DNA from: Eledone cirrhosa
Lineage: Eukaryota
NCBI GenBank assembly: GCA_964016885.1
Contig: OZ024747.1
Coordinates: 77,066,001-77,130,000, forward strand
Reading direction: 5' to 3'
DNA: 64,000 bases
Shown: in pieces, positions 59,606 through 64,000 of the stretch
Position numbering within the stretch: the stretch's first letter is position 1
Layout: the number at the start of each line of letters is the position of its first letter
Translations under genes and position numbers: made by a program
Notes under the pieces: model-generated
The model's database searches: none
Seen by the model: only the letters and a program-made list of their open reading frames with translations
Told to the model about the DNA's origin: nothing

Positions 59606-59610
<5 letters not shown>
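58917..59610. mobile_element. Complex inverted plus partial-tandem insert, same family as 40997-41247
   Basis: 58917-59018 inverts 59313-59415; 58968-59110 inverts 59468-59610; 59280-59315 inverts 59423-59458. Confidence 0.65.
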
Positions 59611-59651
<41 letters not shown>

Positions 59652-59694
59652 TATATATATGCACATATATATATATGTATATATATATATGTAC

Positions 59695-59731
<37 letters not shown>

Positions 59732-60040
59732 TGTACATATATACACCGACGTGTGAAAATTTATGTCTTTTTAATTCTATTGCAATTTCTTGTTTATTTG
59801 TCTGTGGACAAAAACACGAGTGAATTAGATGGTTCTAGTTTCGAATCTAGTTGGAGTCGCCTCAGAGATTAAATCACTATAAATTTGTAGTAAAACTAAG
59901 TTATAAATAATTCAAGAGAAAATATGTACCAACGATCATAATACACGTAAAAAATGATGTGGTTTATTGTAATAAATCTCACATATATATAAATGAAATA
60001 ACAGGAGGCTGGACTGGTGTAAATCCTTGAAAGGTTTATT

Positions 60041-60098
60041 ATACTATGATCATTTCAATGACCGGGTTTCATATGAATCCGGTGTTATCCTCAGGTAT
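60041..60098 (-). ncRNA. Hammerhead motif with degraded stem II
   Basis: Minus strand: atac-CTGAGGA-taacaccgg...ccggtcatt-GAAATGATCATA-gtat then aataaa; palindromic stem III ATGATCAT. Confidence 0.6.
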
Positions 60099-60252
60099 TG
60101 GAATATAACAAAGGAATATGTAAAAAGCCATGGGTCCGAAAAACCATGGGTCCGAGAAACCAGAGACAGAGAGGGCGGCTGACCAACTAGCTGCACAGCC
60201 AGCCGCCTTCAAAGGTGTGTTGTGCTCTGTGTTAGTGAGTGTTGTTTTGTGT

Positions 60253-60293
60253 GTCGAAACGGCTTGAGCTCAGCCGTCGGGGTCCTACTTGTT

Positions 60294-60296
<3 letters not shown>
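60253..60296 (+). mobile_element. 44-bp copy of the 30866-family end
   Basis: gtcGAAACGGCTtgagctcAGCCGTCggggtcctacttgttcc(TA)n. Confidence 0.75.
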
Positions 60297-60361
<65 letters not shown>

Positions 60362-61054
60362 ACACTCACTAACACAGAGCACAACACATGACACACACAC
60401 ACACAACACAGCTCACTAACACAGAACACAACATATCAGGCACATTCCAACAACACAACACAAACACACACACACAACACAGCTCACTATATCAGACACA
60501 TACAAATACACATTCTTACAGTTCTGTTTCGTATAAAGTACCGGAAGACATTGCAGCCTTAATTACTGTGTGCCACAGTAACCTAAGTGAATTACTGTCA
60601 CATGACAATCACATGACCTACTCGATGTGTGTCATGTTACATGAGAAGATAGCGGCAATTGAGAAGAAGAAGAGGAAGGAGAGTGGGAAAGATGGCGGAG
60701 AAAATCGAAAGTGAGAACGAGAGAGAATGAGAGAGAAAGAAAGACGGACAGAAATTGGATCAGGGTACAGAAGAAGAAGAAGAAGAAGAAGAAGAAGAAG
60801 AAGAAGAAGGTGCATAGTTTAATAAAATTATCTCAGGCCATACCTATCTATTGATATATATATATATATATAGTAATAATAATAAATTTGAAGACTAAAA
60901 TCCAAAGAGGGCTCGATAAGGATAAATATATATCAAATATATAAGAACCGTAGAGCAAATATTTATTTTAATCTGTTATTTTAATAAATATATATATATA
61001 TATTATGGAATACTGTTGGCTTCTTGCTACAATAATTTCTATACTTTTCATTTC

Positions 61055-61145
<91 letters not shown>

Positions 61146-61180
61146 GAGGTTATATTTAATTTATTTATAAAACAAATCTG

Positions 61181-61246
61181 TATTTTATCTGATGAAAGCG
61201 CACCATAATTTGCCTTGGTGGCCCTTGAAATATGTATAATAAAATA
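61181..61246 (+). ncRNA. Type I minimal hammerhead motif in a (TA)n-flanked insert (61143-61288)
   Basis: tattttat-CTGATGA-aagcgcacca...tggtggccctt-GAAA-tatgta-TA-ataaaata. Confidence 0.75.
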
Positions 61247-61284
61247 AATATGGTTTTATAAATATAGTTTCCATTTATTAATAT

Positions 61285-61341
<57 letters not shown>

Positions 61342-61344
61342 GTA

Positions 61345-61452
<108 letters not shown>

Positions 61453-61462
61453 ACGAAAAATC

Positions 61463-61551
<89 letters not shown>

Positions 61552-61897
61552 TGTGTTTGTTTTTGTTTTGTTTTTTCATTTGTGTGTTAAAAAATCACCA
61601 TTCCGTTTAATCTTATTGCTACTGATTATTGCTGATGTTGCTGTTGTTGTTGTTGTCGTCGTCATCGTCGTTGTTGTTGCTGCTGCTGCTAGTACTCCTA
61701 TGTTTGTTGTAATGCTTCCTTTTCTCTCACCTTGTAATTTATCCTGGAAAATATTTTTAACAATGCAGTAATGTCTTCATGACATAACTGGAATTTATTG
61801 ATTTCTAACATAATAGGAAAGTAGAATATTTGTTGGTGGTTACTTGTAGAGATAATGGTTAAACCTGGGATTCTGTCAACTCAAAACAGACTCGATG

Positions 61898-62430
61898 TAC
61901 TGACTCGAGTTTCAAATGATATTGGAATTTGATCTCAGTCTTCATCCATACATTTCTCTGTCCAGAGGTTCTAACTCGAGTTTCAAATGATAATGGAGTT
62001 TTCCCTCAAATTCTGTCCTCATTTCTCTGCCCAGATGTTCTGACTCGAGTTTCAAATGATAATAGTTTTCCCTCAAATTCTGTCCTCATTTCTTTGTCCA
62101 GATGTTCTCACACGTGTTTCAAATGATAATGGAATTTTCCCTCAAAGTCTGTCCTCAATTCGCTGTCCAGATGTTCTGATTCGAGTTACAAATGATAATA
62201 GAAAGTCTGTCCTCATTTCTCTGTCCAGATGTTCTGACTCAAGTTACAAATTATTTGGGAATTCACTCTCAGAATTCGTTCACATTTCTCTTTACAGACC
62301 TCCTGACTCGAGTTTCAAGTGATATTGGAATTTTCCTTCAGAGTCTATCCAAACATTTCTCTGTCCAGACCTCCTGACTCGAGTTTCAAATAATATTGGA
62401 ATTTCCCTCAGAGTTCGTCCACACATTTCT
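61898..62430. repeat. ~70-bp tandem repeat, about 8 diverged copies
   Basis: ctgactcgagtttcaaatgatattggaatttt...atttctctgtccaga recurring. Confidence 0.88.
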
Positions 62431-62767
62431 TTCTCCACAGGGTAAAACGTAAAAGAGAGAGCCTCTTTACATTTGTCAAAGTATTCATTTTCATATTTAT
62501 GCAGCTTCTGTTAAATCTTGAACTGTTTCTGTATATCAGCTGTCTACTGCACTATTTAGTAGCTAACTGCTTTTCTGATAAATAAAAATATTAACGACCA
62601 CACGCGTTATAGCGCGTTATTCCCGAGAAGTGAATATTTAATATATTTTCAAGATGCATTAAAGCGAATTCGCGTACTTCAAGCTTCAAGTTCGCATATA
62701 AAGCGAACAGAGTGTATATATGTATATATGTGTGTGTATATATATATATATATATATTAATAATAAT

Positions 62768-63045
62768 TATTTCTACTTTTGGCACAAGGCCAGAAATTAT
62801 CCCAGTGTATTACTGGTACTTTATTTTATCGACCCCGTAAGGATGAAAGGCAAAGTTAACCTCGGCGGGATTTGAACTCAGACCATATAGGGCCGTAACT
62901 CTTTGCTTGCAAAGCATGGCGTCCGACCCTCTACCGATACTGCCAATCCACCGCCCTTTTATATTAATAATAATATATTAATAATTGTTTCTACTTTTGG
63001 CCCAAGGCCAGCAAATACCCAGTGTATTACTGGTACTTTATTTTA
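62768..63045 (-). mobile_element. Deu/Nin-type SINE (62768-62956) plus a short second 3' fragment (62985-63045)
   Basis: Nearly identical to 43480-43662. Confidence 0.8.
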
Positions 63046-63113
63046 ATAATATATTAATAATAATATATATTAATGATAATAAAAAGAACGATTTGTTATA
63101 TCTTCATTAGGTT

Positions 63114-63207
63114 TATTGAATAGTGACGCGCGTTTCACTATTGATCAGCTCAAGGTTCGATCTGTATTGATCTGGTCAGACTCTGGAATCAAAAGCTCGT
63201 CGGACTT

Positions 63208-63212
<5 letters not shown>
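63114..63212 (-). ncRNA. Decayed hammerhead motif with long stem II
   Basis: Minus strand: tattgaagt-CCGACGA-gcttttgatt...gatcaatagt-GAAACGCGCGTC-actattcaata; palindromic stem III, GUC site, core U to C. Confidence 0.65.
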
Positions 63213-63257
<45 letters not shown>

Positions 63258-63259
<2 letters not shown>

Positions 63260-63441
63260 GAAAGGAAGGTTTTTTTAACATATCCCACACTGGTAAAAAT
63301 ATAGGAGAAACAAGTTGAAAATGCAATTGGAGTCGTTAAGAAGAATTTATTTACAATAATTTAGAACCTGACAACGGGTTGGTTTTCGCTCAGCGATTTG
63401 TAGTCTTGATAACCGCAAACGAGTAACAACCCGTTGTCAGG

Positions 63442-63445
<4 letters not shown>
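63258..63445. mobile_element. Fold-back mini-element related to 16858-17103
   Basis: aacctgacaacgggttg / caacccgttgtcaggtt arms; ttgaaaatgcaattggagtc resembles ttgaaaatacaactggagtc at 16878; (TA)n both sides. Confidence 0.55.
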
Positions 63446-63499
<54 letters not shown>

Positions 63500-63501
<2 letters not shown>

Positions 63502-63906
63502 AGTTATATTTAAATTGTTGGGTTACAACTAGTAAATATTTGTAACTGATATAAAAGCACTCGACAAGTATTTGGAGTATATTTACGATATTAAATAAAT
63601 GGAAACTATATTTATAAAACCATATTTATTTCATCATATATATTTCAGGGATATCATATTAACAATATGCTATGCCTTCCTCAGACAAAATACAATATAG
63701 ACAGTTTTATAGATAAATAGATTTGACATACCGTTCAAATACAAGTCGATGTTGAACGGTATGTCAAATCTATTTATCTATAAAACTGTCTATATTGTAT
63801 TTTGTCTGAGGAAGGCATAGCATATTGTTAATATGATATCCCTGAAATATATATGATGAAATAAATATGGTTTTATAAATATAGTTTCCATTTATTTAAT
63901 ATCGTA
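63500..63906. mobile_element. Mini-element containing a perfect 155-bp-arm palindrome with two hammerhead motifs
   Basis: Arms 63584-63738 / 63752-63906, 13-nt spacer; plus-strand HHR 63798-63863 (tattttgt-CTGAGGA...GAAAtatataTG-atgaaata). Confidence 0.85.
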
Positions 63907-64000
63907 TATATATATATATATATATTTGCAAGAGATGTCAACATGAATGGACCTGTTATTTTTATCTAAAGACCTTTTTTCCCAATTCCATTCCGCCCGT

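Noticed and set aside
59825-59872. Hammerhead on minus strand (CTGAGGC...GAAACTAG)
   Set aside because: Core mismatched, no NUH in register and no stem I pairing.

Overview
Repeat-saturated AT-rich animal genomic DNA; the SINE types, microsatellite load and LINE set resemble a cephalopod such as Octopus (inference). No host gene can be identified and almost all ORFs in the track are microsatellite translation artefacts. Real coding content is retrotransposon-derived: two REL-endonuclease LINE 3' fragments in (CATA)n (41-850), two 5'-truncated Penelope-like elements (PLEs) with GIY-YIG endonuclease (20036-23460, 29248-30974), an essentially full-length RTE LINE split by a twin-priming-type inversion (43959-47277), and a two-ORF L1/Tx1 element followed by an internally deleted tandem derivative (47712-54085). 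The main unexplained signal is about 20 short (50-550 bp), mostly fold-back inserts from several sequence-divergent families, nearly all abutting (TA)n tracts. They carry complete, decayed or half type I hammerhead ribozyme (HHR) motifs, and at least ten also carry a second covarying bulged hairpin (RCTC-stem-TN-GAGY) downstream. They look like PLE terminal-repeat-derived mini-elements formed by snap-back synthesis, which sometimes also copies host flank in inverted orientation. All structures were read by eye; none was computed.
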